From Myxococcota bacterium (GTDB lineage Bacteria; Myxococcota_A; UBA796; UBA2385), in contig JBIJDH010000009.1 of assembly GCA_044344255.1 (NCBI GenBank), positions 128,001-192,000 on the forward strand: a stretch of 64,000 nucleotides of DNA, written 5' to 3'. Positions 1 to 9,176 of this stretch are shown here, piece after piece. The notes below the pieces were generated by a model. The model ran no database searches. It had not been told where the DNA came from and saw nothing but the letters and a program-made list of their open reading frames with translations. The translations under genes and the position numbers were made by a program. Every line of letters starts with the position of its first letter. Position 1 is the first letter of the stretch.

Positions 1-179
1 CGGGGGCGGGGTCGCCGTCCCCGAGCAGGGCTTGCTCGCCGCCGCCTCCGACCCGACCTGGGCGCTGCTCTGCCCGAGCCTCGAGTGAGCGCAGGCCGAC
101 GCGCCTCCGACCGCGCCGACCGCGGGGCTCGCGCTGGGGGTCCCGACGGAGTTAAGCAGGGCGCCTGCGCGGAGGCGAC

Positions 180-1328
180 GTGTTCGAGCCCTCGGAAGAC
201 CTGACGACCCTGAAAGAAGCAGCCGCCGAGGCTGCGCGTGGCGTGCTCGGGGGCACCCTCAAGGAGGACGACGAGGCCGAGCGCTTCCGCAAGGAGCACT
301 TCCAGGCCCTCGGCGAGGCCGGCCTGTGCGGGGTCCAGACCGCGGAGGAGTGGGGTGGGCTCGGGCTCGGCTACTTCGAGTACGCGCATGTGCTCGAAGA
401 GATCAGCAAGGTCTCGGCCAGCTACGGCGTGAGCGTCGCGGTCTCCGGCTTGCCGCAGATCATCCTGACGCGCTTTGGCAACGACGAGCAGCGGGCCGCC
501 TGGCTGCCTGGGCTCTCCGCCGGCCGCCTCCTCGGCGCCTTCGCCCTCTCCGAGCCCGGCTCCGGGAGCGACGCCGCGTCGCTCACCAGCACGGCCCGCC
601 GCGACGGCGACACCTACGTCCTCCGCGGCACCAAGTTCTGGATCACCCACGGGGGTTACGCGGACGTCTACGTGGTCATGGCCCGCACGGGCGGCCCCGG
701 CCCGCGGGGAGTGAGCGCCTTCCTCCTCCCGGGCGACGCCCCGGGCCTTCGCTTCGGGAAGAAGGAAGAGAAGATGGGCCTCCGGGCCTCGCCCACCGTT
801 GAGCTCATCCTCGACGACGTGGTCGTGCCCGCGTCGAGCCGCCTCGGCGCCGAGGGGGACGGCTTCACGGTGGCGATGAGCGCCCTCGACTCCGGTCGCA
901 TCACCATCGCCGCGATCTCGGTGGGGCTCGCGCAGGCCGCGCTCGACGTGGCCGCCGACTACGCCACGCAGCGACAGCAGTTCGGCCAGCCCATCATTGA
1001 ATTCCAAGGGGTGGGCTTCTTGCTCGCCGACATGGCCTGCCGCATCGAGGGCGCCCGCCTGCTCGTCCACAAGGCGGCGTGGCTGCGCGATCACCAGCGC
1101 CCCTACTCCCACATCGCCGCGATGGCCAAGTGTGTGGCCACCGACGCCGCGATGGCGGTCACCACCGACGCCGTACAGGTGCTCGGGGGCTACGGCTACA
1201 CCCGGGAGTACCCGGTCGAACGATACATGCGGGACGCCAAGGTCATGCAGATCGTCGAAGGTACAAACCAGGTGCAGCGCCTCGTCATCTCGCGCCATCT
1301 TCGCCGACAATATGGAGGGGGCGCTTGA
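180..1328 (+). CDS. Acyl-CoA dehydrogenase
   Basis: FALSEPGSGSDA, GTKFWITHG, KMGLRASPT, RQQFGQPI, QVLGGYGY and RDAKVMQIVEGTNQVQR are canonical ACAD motifs; GTG start with GGAGG upstream. Confidence 0.95.
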   Translation: MFEPSEDLTTLKEAAAEAARGVLGGTLKEDDEAERFRKEHFQALGEAGLCGVQTAEEWGGLGLGYFEYAHVLEEISKVSASYGVSVAVSGLPQIILTRFGNDEQRAAWLPGLSAGRLLGAFALSEPGSGSDAASLTSTARRDGDTYVLRGTKFWITHGGYADVYVVMARTGGPGPRGVSAFLLPGDAPGLRFGKKEEKMGLRASPTVELILDDVVVPASSRLGAEGDGFTVAMSALDSGRITIAAISVGLAQAALDVAADYATQRQQFGQPIIEFQGVGFLLADMACRIEGARLLVHKAAWLRDHQRPYSHIAAMAKCVATDAAMAVTTDAVQVLGGYGYTREYPVERYMRDAKVMQIVEGTNQVQRLVISRHLRRQYGGGA

Positions 1329-1407
1329 CTCGTCGCCCCGCATCGACGAGGCTCCCCATGCAGCCCGAGACAACCAGCTATACTCCGCGGCGGAAGGTGA
1401 GCCTCCG

Positions 1408-2859
1408 ATGAACGTCTGTCCGCACTGTGGCTTGACTTACTCGGCCCGCGTTGATTTTTGTTTCAGCGACGGCACTCCGCTCCATCGGCCGGAGGAGGCC
1501 CAGGGCGCCGCGGTCCTCGGAGACGCCACCGACCTCCCCGCCGAGGGCCACCTCGGTCGGTCCGCAGGGCCCGTCTTCACGAATGAAGGCGCGGAGCTAA
1601 CTCGCCCTCGCCCCCCGGCCCCGCCGCCGCGCCCCCGCCCGGACGACGTCACCGGCCCGCAGCCCGGTGGGCCCGCCGACGAAGACCTCGAGCCACCGGT
1701 GCCCCTCGGCGGAGATGTGGAGCCTCCGGTCCGCCCGCCCTCCCGTCCAGTCACCGCCTTCAAGGTGCCAGAGCCCCTCCCGGGCACCGTCCCGCCCCCC
1801 GAGGCCGCTGAGCCTGCTGAACACCCGGCCGCGACGCCTCGCCGCGCGCCCAGCCGGGACGTCGAGGAGGACGCCTCCAGCAAGGGGGGCCTGCTCGTCG
1901 CCATCGGGGTCGGGGCCGCGCTGCTGGCGGCGGTGGTCGTCGGCGCGCAGCTCCTGCTCAACTCGGCCCGTGAGCCTGTCGAGGTGGGACAGGTGGCCGA
2001 AGGGGCAGGCGCCGCCGAGGGCGCCACCCCGACCGGAGCGTCGACGGAGGCCGCGGTCGAGGCGTCGGCGGAGCCCGTGGGCGAGCCATCCCTCGACGCC
2101 GTGGCCCCGGAGGCGGGCAGCGCGGAGCCAACGCCCAATGCCGGCGCGACCACCGGCGCCGAGGTGTCGGCCACGCCCACTGCGGCCACCCCCACTGCGG
2201 CCACGCCGGGGTCAGCCCCCCTGTCGGGCGCTGCGCCCCTGAGCGCGGCGAACAGCGCGACCGCCCCGATCGCGGCGAAGACGACGGCCGCCCCGACCAC
2301 CCCTCCCGCGACGACCGGCACGAGCGCCTCAACGACCGCGGCGGCCGCGGCTGACCCCTCCGTCGCCGCCAAGGCCGCGACCACAAGCACCACCACCGCC
2401 GCCGCCGGTCAACCCTGGGGCGCCGCGTCCGCGACCGCCGAGTCCACCTCCTCGGTGTCGATTGAGTCGAAGCCCGAGCGCGCGCGCGTCGTGATCGACA
2501 ACGAGCCGATCGGCACCACCCCGATGATGGCGCAGATCCCCTACGGGGCCCACATCATCCGGGTCACCTTGGACGGCTACCGTGAAGAGGCCCGCGCCAT
2601 CGACGTCAGCGTACCCTCCATGCGCGTCTACTTCGATTTGAAGGCGAAGGACGTCCAGGGCAAGGTCACCGTGCTCGGGCCGCCGGGCGCGGAGATCTAT
2701 GTAGACGGGAAGCCCGCTCCCACCGCAGCTCCCGTGCAGATGTTGTTGAGCGCCGGCGTCCACACCTTCGTCCTCCAGCTCTCCGACGGCACCCGGCAGA
2801 CCAAGACCGTAGACGTCGCCTTCGATCCCGCGGCGCCGGCCTTCACTGTCAGCTTCTGA
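1408..2859 (+). CDS. Membrane protein: N-terminal zinc ribbon, Pro/Ala/Thr-rich linkers, C-terminal PEGA-like domains
   Basis: ATG 1408 inside ORF 997..2859; CPHC...FCFSDGTPL; one hydrophobic segment (LLVAIGVGAALLAAVVVGA); IESKPERARVVIDNEPIGTTP...GAHIIRVTLDGY is a PEGA pattern. Confidence 0.75.
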   Translation: MNVCPHCGLTYSARVDFCFSDGTPLHRPEEAQGAAVLGDATDLPAEGHLGRSAGPVFTNEGAELTRPRPPAPPPRPRPDDVTGPQPGGPADEDLEPPVPLGGDVEPPVRPPSRPVTAFKVPEPLPGTVPPPEAAEPAEHPAATPRRAPSRDVEEDASSKGGLLVAIGVGAALLAAVVVGAQLLLNSAREPVEVGQVAEGAGAAEGATPTGASTEAAVEASAEPVGEPSLDAVAPEAGSAEPTPNAGATTGAEVSATPTAATPTAATPGSAPLSGAAPLSAANSATAPIAAKTTAAPTTPPATTGTSASTTAAAAADPSVAAKAATTSTTTAAAGQPWGAASATAESTSSVSIESKPERARVVIDNEPIGTTPMMAQIPYGAHIIRVTLDGYREEARAIDVSVPSMRVYFDLKAKDVQGKVTVLGPPGAEIYVDGKPAPTAAPVQMLLSAGVHTFVLQLSDGTRQTKTVDVAFDPAAPAFTVSF

Positions 2860-2875
2860 GGCCGGGGAGGTCACG

Positions 2876-4093
2876 CTGTCCGCTTCGAGAATCGAGATTG
2901 ACCGCAGCGCGCTGTTCACCGAGGTGGTCGGCCCGCGACTGGGGCTCCGACGTCGCCGGCTCACCGAGCTGAGCGCGCGCCTCGCTGGCGTGCAGGAGGA
3001 GCTCGAGGACGCCCACCGAGCGGGCCTCGTTCCCCACACTCTCCAAGCGCGAGACCGCGGGGCCGCAGCCGCCGCCCGGGCCGTGGCGGCCCGATGGCCC
3101 GATGGGCTCTTGGTGATCGGCGAGCCCGGCGCCATCGCCGCCGCTCGCCTGCTGGCAGAGGGGACCCCCGCCGAGGCCTCGGGGCGCCGCGTCTGGTTCG
3201 CCGATGGGCCCGACGCCCCCACGCTCAGCGCCCTGGCCGACCGCCGGCCCCACCTCGTCCTCCTGGACGGCCCCGATTGGGTCCGGCAGCTCGGCGTCAG
3301 CCTCCATGCCGTCACGTCGGGCGCCACCGTGTTCTCCGGCGACGGCACCGAACGCGACGGCTGGACCCTCCCTGCGGCGCCCCGTATCGACGGCATCGGA
3401 GCCTCAGACGCCCGCTTCGGCGTGCTTGGGGCAGCGTCCTTGGCCCTCACCGCCGCGGTGGGCGGAGACGTCGACGCCGTCATGGAGGCCGCCGAACGGA
3501 TGGCCGATCGGTGCGCCGCCGCCGCCCTCTTCGACAACCCGGCCCTCAACCTCGCCGCCGTGAGCTGGGCCCTGGCGCTGGATCACCGCCTGTTCGAGCC
3601 GGTGTTCTCGGTCGACGGCCCGCGGCTCGAGGCCTGGGCGGCGGTCGTCGCCCGCGCCTGGGGGGCCATCACCTCCGGCACGCCGGGATCCGCCGCCAAC
3701 GGAGACCTTCGGCGCGCCGGCGGCTTCTTCCCCCGGGTGACCCGAGCCGGCGACGAGGCGCAGATGGCGCGGCTGCTCGACGGCCCCTCCGACGCTTGGG
3801 TCATCTCCGTCACAGCCGAGCCCCCTCCCACCGCAGAGCCCACCCCGGGCGCCGAGCTGCGAGCGCGGCTCGACCAGGCCCAACACCGGCTGCTCATCCA
3901 GGGCGGCGTACCCGCCCTCCGTCTCCGGCTGGGCCGCGACGACGCGCCCACGCTGGCGGGGGCCACCCTGCTCTTTTTGCATGCCGCCACCGCGCTCGCG
4001 GTGCTCCGGGACGTCGATCCGCTCGCCATCCCCGCCGCCGACCGGCTGAGAGAGCTGCAGGATCCGAGTTTTGGGGATAACGGGGCGCGTTGA
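2876..4093 (+). CDS. Degenerate glucose-6-phosphate isomerase-like (SIS fold) protein, probably catalytically inactive
   Basis: Co-linear PGI landmarks (ARFGVLG...GGDVDAVM, LFDNPALNLA, DGPSD, DVDP) with catalytic motifs replaced; likely CTG start at 2876 behind GGGGAGG (ORF track starts at GTG 2924). Confidence 0.6.
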   Translation: MSASRIEIDRSALFTEVVGPRLGLRRRRLTELSARLAGVQEELEDAHRAGLVPHTLQARDRGAAAAARAVAARWPDGLLVIGEPGAIAAARLLAEGTPAEASGRRVWFADGPDAPTLSALADRRPHLVLLDGPDWVRQLGVSLHAVTSGATVFSGDGTERDGWTLPAAPRIDGIGASDARFGVLGAASLALTAAVGGDVDAVMEAAERMADRCAAAALFDNPALNLAAVSWALALDHRLFEPVFSVDGPRLEAWAAVVARAWGAITSGTPGSAANGDLRRAGGFFPRVTRAGDEAQMARLLDGPSDAWVISVTAEPPPTAEPTPGAELRARLDQAQHRLLIQGGVPALRLRLGRDDAPTLAGATLLFLHAATALAVLRDVDPLAIPAADRLRELQDPSFGDNGAR

Positions 4094-4139
4094 GGGGTCC
4101 CTTGGGGCTCCGCTTGTGGATCGTGGAAGGGAGCGCTCC

Positions 4140-4910
4140 GTGGCTGACCAAGACAAAGAGAAGACCCCCGCTGGCGCCCTCGCCCTCTCCGGGGCGGCGC
4201 CCAAAGAGCTGGGTGACGATGTCGAAGAGGACGCCCTCTTCAAGCTCCAGATGGCCCTCGCCAACTTCGCGCTCGGCTCCTGGAAGATCTTCGCCGGCAT
4301 CCTGGGCGCGGTCCTCGTGGGCTCCCTCCTCTACGGCTTGTGGAAGGGCCACGTGGACGAGCAGCAGGCCAACTGGCAAGACGCCATCGCCGCCGCCGAG
4401 CGGAAGCTCCCCGAGGCCGACCCCATCCAGAAGATGCTCGGCACCGCGCCGAGCGACCCCGCGGAGCTGGAGAAGATCACCGCCGTCGCCACCACCCTCG
4501 AGGGAGTGGCGAAGGAGGCCAGCGGTCCGGCGAAGTCTTACGCCTGGCTCCGCGCGGCGCAGGTCTGGCAGACCGCCGGCAAGTCCGAAGAGGCGAACAA
4601 GGCCTGGACCGAGGGCGCCGCGACGGGCGCGGAGGGGGTGCTCGGCTGGTCGCTCACCGTCGGCGCCGCCACGGCCCGCTTGAGCGCCGGTGACACCGAC
4701 GGCGCCATCGCTCTGTACCGCGGCGTGGTCGACAAGCAGGAGGGCAGCCTCTCCGAGCAGGCCCTCTACATCATCGGCACGACCTACGCCGAGGCCGGCC
4801 GCTTCGACGACGCCGCCAAGGCCTTCAGCGAATTCGAGACGAAGTTCCCCGAGTCTGCGCTGAAGCCCTCCGTCGAGGCTGCGAAGGCCGCCGCCGCGAA
4901 GTCCGGATGA
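4140..4910 (+). CDS. YfgM-like single-pass membrane TPR protein
   Basis: TM segment IFAGILGAVLVGSLLYGLW followed by TPR-like helices (ALYIIGTTYAEAGRFDDAAKAFSEFETKFPES); directly upstream of a BamB-like gene. Confidence 0.7.
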   Translation: MADQDKEKTPAGALALSGAAPKELGDDVEEDALFKLQMALANFALGSWKIFAGILGAVLVGSLLYGLWKGHVDEQQANWQDAIAAAERKLPEADPIQKMLGTAPSDPAELEKITAVATTLEGVAKEASGPAKSYAWLRAAQVWQTAGKSEEANKAWTEGAATGAEGVLGWSLTVGAATARLSAGDTDGAIALYRGVVDKQEGSLSEQALYIIGTTYAEAGRFDDAAKAFSEFETKFPESALKPSVEAAKAAAAKSG

Positions 4911-6184
4911 GCGCCCCCGCCTGGCTGACTGCGCTCGGGCTGCTCAACGGGACCGGCAGCTGGGGCGCCTACGAGCTGCAGCCGGTCGATCACAGCGGGG
5001 AGATGTCCCGCCCACCCGTGCTTCAGTGGTCTCACCCGCTGCCGGGCTCGGTGGTCGAGACCGCCACCCACACCGAGACCGCCTCGCCCATCCTGCATGG
5101 TCCGTACATCTACGTGGGCGCCGCGGGCGTGGACGGGCTGCTGGTCCTCGATCGACGCGACGGCCACCTCGTCCGCCGGCTCAAGGCCAACGGCCCCGTG
5201 CGCTCTGCGGCGGTGATCGGCGGGGATCGAGTCTTCTTCGCCGATGCCTCGGGTGGGATCTGGTGCTACCCGCTGGACGGCGAAAAGCCGATCTGGAGCG
5301 TGCAGTCCGGCAACCCCATCCTCTCGACCCCCACCGTCGTGGGGAGCCGCGTCTACGTCTCCCAGGTGGGTCCGACGGTGATGGCCCTCGAGGCCTCCAA
5401 CGGAGAGTCCCCCTGGTTCCACCTCCAGAAGGTAGATCCTCACCGCTCGGCCGAGCTGCGGATCTATGGCTCGCCCTCCCCGGTCTTCATGCCTGCGGTG
5501 TCGCTGCCCGGTCGGGCGGTCGGGGAGGCGCCCGCCTATGTCGAGGCGCTGATCACCGGCTACGCCGACGGCAAGGTCGAGGCCTTGCAGCTCAAAGACG
5601 GCGAGCCCATCTGGGGCCGAAACGTCGGCGAGGGCCAGTACCCCGACATCATCGCCGAGCCCCTGGTGATGGGCAGCCACGTCATCCTCTCGGCCTACAC
5701 CGAGCCGCTGCTGTCTTATGACGTGCTGCAGCGCAGCGTCCGCTGGCGCCTCCCCGTCGGCGGGCTCGCGGCGCCGATCGCGGGAGGGGGCGTCGGTGAC
5801 CGGCCGGACGGCACCTTCACCGCCGAGGGGCGCTTCATCTACCACCCCGGCTCAGACGGCAAGCTGCGCTGCGTCGACGGCACCACCGGCACGGTCGTCT
5901 GGGAGTGGGACAGCGGCAACAGCACCGCGCTCACCCGCCCAGTCGGGACGCCCGCCGGCGTCTTCGTGGGCTCCTCGGGGGGCGGCCTCTCGCTCATCGA
6001 CCCCGTGCACGGCAAGCGGGTCTGGGCCTGGAACCCGGGCCACGTCTTGAACGGCGTGAGCGCGGCCCCCGCCGTCCAGGGCCGCGAGATGGTGCTGGTG
6101 ACCGACGCCGGCAACATCGCGAGCTTCGTGATGCCCGAGCCTGAGCCCGCCCCGCGCCCGGTGAACTGGGGCCTCCGGCCTTGA
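4907..6184 (+). CDS. PQQ-like beta-propeller protein (BamB-like)
   Basis: Repeated propeller motifs (LDRRDGHLV, LDGEKPIWS, LKDGEPIWG, DGTTGTVVWE, DPVHGKRVW); 4-bp overlap with the YfgM-like gene; no clear lipobox. Confidence 0.75.
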   Translation: MSAPAWLTALGLLNGTGSWGAYELQPVDHSGEMSRPPVLQWSHPLPGSVVETATHTETASPILHGPYIYVGAAGVDGLLVLDRRDGHLVRRLKANGPVRSAAVIGGDRVFFADASGGIWCYPLDGEKPIWSVQSGNPILSTPTVVGSRVYVSQVGPTVMALEASNGESPWFHLQKVDPHRSAELRIYGSPSPVFMPAVSLPGRAVGEAPAYVEALITGYADGKVEALQLKDGEPIWGRNVGEGQYPDIIAEPLVMGSHVILSAYTEPLLSYDVLQRSVRWRLPVGGLAAPIAGGGVGDRPDGTFTAEGRFIYHPGSDGKLRCVDGTTGTVVWEWDSGNSTALTRPVGTPAGVFVGSSGGGLSLIDPVHGKRVWAWNPGHVLNGVSAAPAVQGREMVLVTDAGNIASFVMPEPEPAPRPVNWGLRP

Positions 6185-6636
6185 GCGACGAGCGCGACGA
6201 GGGCCGGAAGCGCAGCCGAGAGCCGCGGCTCCGAGACTTCGCGCGGCGCATGTTCCGCGACGCCGATGACAGCCCCGACGTCGAGGCCGATCGGCCCAGC
6301 CACCAGGAGGCCCGCGACCTCTTCGGATCCGTCCTCGAGACGGGCGACAAGGCCAAGACCGAGATCGTGCGCATGGTGGCCCGCGAGGTCCGCTCCTACC
6401 TGGAGGCCCTCGAGCTCCACAAGGACCTCCACCATCTGCTCACGAACTACTCGCTCGAGGTGAAGGCGAGCGTCCACCTCCGGCCCCTCGCCGAGGTCGA
6501 GAAGGCCACCCAGGCGGGCGCTTCGGAGGTCAAGGTCGGGTTCAAGCCCAAGGAGGGCAAAGCCCCCCGGGACGGCGCGAGGGAAGGTGAGGGCGAGGCC
6601 AACGCCGACAGCGAAGGGCGCCCGACCGAGGGCTGA
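6181..6636 (+). CDS. Hypothetical protein
   Basis: TTG start overlapping upstream stop; GC3-biased codons; helical core KTEIVRMVAREVRSYLEALELH. Confidence 0.65.
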   Translation: MSDERDEGRKRSREPRLRDFARRMFRDADDSPDVEADRPSHQEARDLFGSVLETGDKAKTEIVRMVAREVRSYLEALELHKDLHHLLTNYSLEVKASVHLRPLAEVEKATQAGASEVKVGFKPKEGKAPRDGAREGEGEANADSEGRPTEG

Positions 6637-6648
6637 GCGAAGCGCCCC

Positions 6649-7614
6649 TCAGGGCTTCGGACCCTTGTGGACCGCCTCCTCATCGACCTCCCGCTCGCGC
6701 AGGCGGAGGAGGATGCCCTCCTCGCGGAGGAGCCGGCGCAGCTCGACCTTGTCGATCTCGGACAGGTTGTTGATGATCCGCTCCACCTTCGGGCCCTGCG
6801 CGTGAATGTCCGACAGGACGGCCGAACCGTCGGCCACCGCCCCGCGGGCCTCCCCCACGAGGCCGCGGGCGTCGCCGACCAGGAGGCGGACGTCTTGCAA
6901 GGCGCCGGGGAGCTCGGCGGTGGCGGTCTGGAGCTGCCCGATCGCGCGATCGGCGTGCCCCAGGGTGGGCCGGGCCTGATCGGCGGCGGCCTTGACGGAG
7001 GCGAGGGCGCCGCGGGACTCGTCCATCAGCGCCGGGGCCTGCGCGCTGGCGAGGGCGGCGTTGTGGAGGATGGTCTCGGTGTCGATGAGCATCCGCTTGA
7101 GGCGCTCGGGGTCTTCCTTGAGCGCGCCGTTGAGCGAGAGCAGGGCGCCGTTGAGGGCCTCGGGATCGACCGCGGCGACGAGGGGGCCCAGCGCGTTGAC
7201 GAGCTGATCGATCTCGGTCTGCGGCAGGCTGCGGCTGAGCTTGTCGCCGTCCTTAAGCAAGGGGGCGTCGGCGGAGTCGGGGCGCAGCTCGACGAACTTC
7301 TCACCGAGCACCGAACGCGCCCGGATCTGGACGATGGCGTCGGCCCGAACGCCGGCCCCCTCCTCGAGGGTGAGGTGCAGGAGGGCCTGATCATGCTCGA
7401 CCGTCAGGCCCGTGAGCTTACCGATGGGGACCCCGGCGACCTTCACCTCGGCCCCCTCGGTCAGGCCGCCGGCGTCGGGCACGAGGGCGACGACGTCGAG
7501 CGTGTCGCCCAGGCCCTTCAAAGCGCCCACCTTGAGCGACATGAAGGCGAGCAGCCCCGTCGCGACGATCAAGAGGACGCCAACGCCGATTTCATGTTTA
7601 CGAGAGCGGGCCAT
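6649..7614 (-). CDS. mlaD: MCE/MlaD family lipid transport protein
   Basis: N-terminal TM, DAGGLTEGAEVKVAGVPIGKL and SVLGEKFVELRP MCE motifs, long helical extension. Confidence 0.9.
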   Translation of the reverse strand: MARSRKHEIGVGVLLIVATGLLAFMSLKVGALKGLGDTLDVVALVPDAGGLTEGAEVKVAGVPIGKLTGLTVEHDQALLHLTLEEGAGVRADAIVQIRARSVLGEKFVELRPDSADAPLLKDGDKLSRSLPQTEIDQLVNALGPLVAAVDPEALNGALLSLNGALKEDPERLKRMLIDTETILHNAALASAQAPALMDESRGALASVKAAADQARPTLGHADRAIGQLQTATAELPGALQDVRLLVGDARGLVGEARGAVADGSAVLSDIHAQGPKVERIINNLSEIDKVELRRLLREEGILLRLREREVDEEAVHKGPKP

Positions 7615-7623
7615 CGGCGGGAC

Positions 7624-8406
7624 CTATCGAATGGAGGGGAGGTGGGCCACATCCCCCGGTCGCTCCGGCAGGATGAGGTTCCGACTGAGGAAGCGGCGCA
7701 GGACCGGGTGCTCGGAGCGCAGCACGTCGTCGGTCGGCCCCCAGGCGATGAGCTGGCCGCCGTACAGCATGGCGATGTGATCGGCCACGTTGACGGTGCC
7801 GACGATGTCGTGGCTGATCACCACGAAGGTGATGCCGAGCGCCGCCTTCATGTCTTGGATGAGCTGGTCGATGGCGTCGCTGGTCATGGGATCGAGGCCG
7901 CTGTTGGGCTCGTCGAAGAGCACGATCTGGGGCTCCATCACGATGGCCCGCGCCAGGCCCACGCGCTTCCGCTGGCCGCCCGACAGGCCCGCGGTCGCCC
8001 GGTCATAGGTGCCGGTCATGCCGACGAGGCGCAGCTTCTCTTCGACCCGCTCGCGGCGCTCGGACTCGTCCATCTCTGGGGCGTGGTGGACGAGGGGGAA
8101 CTCGACGTTCTCCCCCACGCTCATCGAGTCGAAGAGGGCGCCGTCCTGGAAGAGCATGCCCATCCGCCGTCGAGCGGCGTAGATGTCGCGCTCATGCGCG
8201 TGGGCCATGTCGGTGCCGAGGCAGAGCACCTGCCCCGCGTCTGGGCGCAGCAGGCCTACGATGTGCTTGAGCAGCACGCTCTTGCCGGTGCCGGACGGCC
8301 CGATGATCGCGGTGGTCTGCCCCTCGGGGAAGGACAGCGAGACGTTGTCGAGCACCTTGAGGGCGCCGAAGGCCTTAGAGACCCCCTTGAATTCAATGAT
8401 GCTCAT
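7624..8406 (-). CDS. mlaF: MlaF/Mkl family ABC ATPase
   Basis: Walker A GPSGTGKS, LFQDGALFDSM, LSGGQRKRVGLARA, FDEPNSGLDP. Confidence 0.93.
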   Translation of the reverse strand: MSIIEFKGVSKAFGALKVLDNVSLSFPEGQTTAIIGPSGTGKSVLLKHIVGLLRPDAGQVLCLGTDMAHAHERDIYAARRRMGMLFQDGALFDSMSVGENVEFPLVHHAPEMDESERRERVEEKLRLVGMTGTYDRATAGLSGGQRKRVGLARAIVMEPQIVLFDEPNSGLDPMTSDAIDQLIQDMKAALGITFVVISHDIVGTVNVADHIAMLYGGQLIAWGPTDDVLRSEHPVLRRFLSRNLILPERPGDVAHLPSIR

Positions 8407-8416
8407 GGTTGGGTGA

Positions 8417-9175
8417 TCATCCGCCGTACATGAGCTCGCTGAGGAAATAGTTGAGGCTGATACAGAGCACGGCGGAGGTCACGACGGCCTTGTTGGTGGC
8501 CTCGCCCACGCCCTCGGGGCCGCTCTTGCAGAAGAAGCCGTACCAACAGCTCACCGTGCAGATGATCACCCCGAAGACGACACCCTTGATCTCGCCATAG
8601 ACGAGGTCCATCGGCTTCATCGCCTGGAGCGCGAATTCCAGGAAGGCGGCCGGCTTGACGTCGAGCTGCCAGACCGAGGTGGCGAAGGCGGTGCTGATCA
8701 TCACGAAGATGGCGATGGTCGTGAGCGCCGGCAGGACGATGACGATGCCGATCAGCCGCGGCGCGATGAGGTAGCTGAGGGGGTTGACCGCCATCACCTC
8801 AAGGGCGTCGATCTGCTCGCGGATGCGCATCACGCCGATCTGGCTCGCCATCTCGGTGCCCGCCTTGGCGGCGACCATCGCCGCGGTGATGATCGGGCCG
8901 AGCTCCCGCACGCCGGCGAGGGCGACGAACATGCCCACCAGCCGCCCGCCCCCCAAAGGGGCAAAGGAGGCGTAGCCCTGGACCGCGAGGTTCGTACCCA
9001 CGAAGAAGGCGATGGTGAGCAGGATGGGGAGGCTCATCACCCCGATTCGGAAGGCCTCTTGCAGCACGAGGCGCCACGGGACACCGTGGCGATAGATCGC
9101 CCGGAAGAAGCTCCAGACAAAGAGCCCGAAGTGACCGACCGCGCCGGCCACCCGCGTCGGGAGCGCCTCGCCCAC
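8417..9175 (-). CDS. mlaE: MlaE/YrbE family ABC permease
   Basis: RELGPIITA, IGVMRIREQIDALEVMAVNP, GVGEATNKAVV. Confidence 0.92.
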   Translation of the reverse strand: MGEALPTRVAGAVGHFGLFVWSFFRAIYRHGVPWRLVLQEAFRIGVMSLPILLTIAFFVGTNLAVQGYASFAPLGGGRLVGMFVALAGVRELGPIITAAMVAAKAGTEMASQIGVMRIREQIDALEVMAVNPLSYLIAPRLIGIVIVLPALTTIAIFVMISTAFATSVWQLDVKPAAFLEFALQAMKPMDLVYGEIKGVVFGVIICTVSCWYGFFCKSGPEGVGEATNKAVVTSAVLCISLNYFLSELMYGG

Positions 9176-9176
9176 C

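Noticed and set aside
1..88. Possible 3' end of an upstream gene (..WALLCPSLE-stop)
   Set aside because: Too short to support a call
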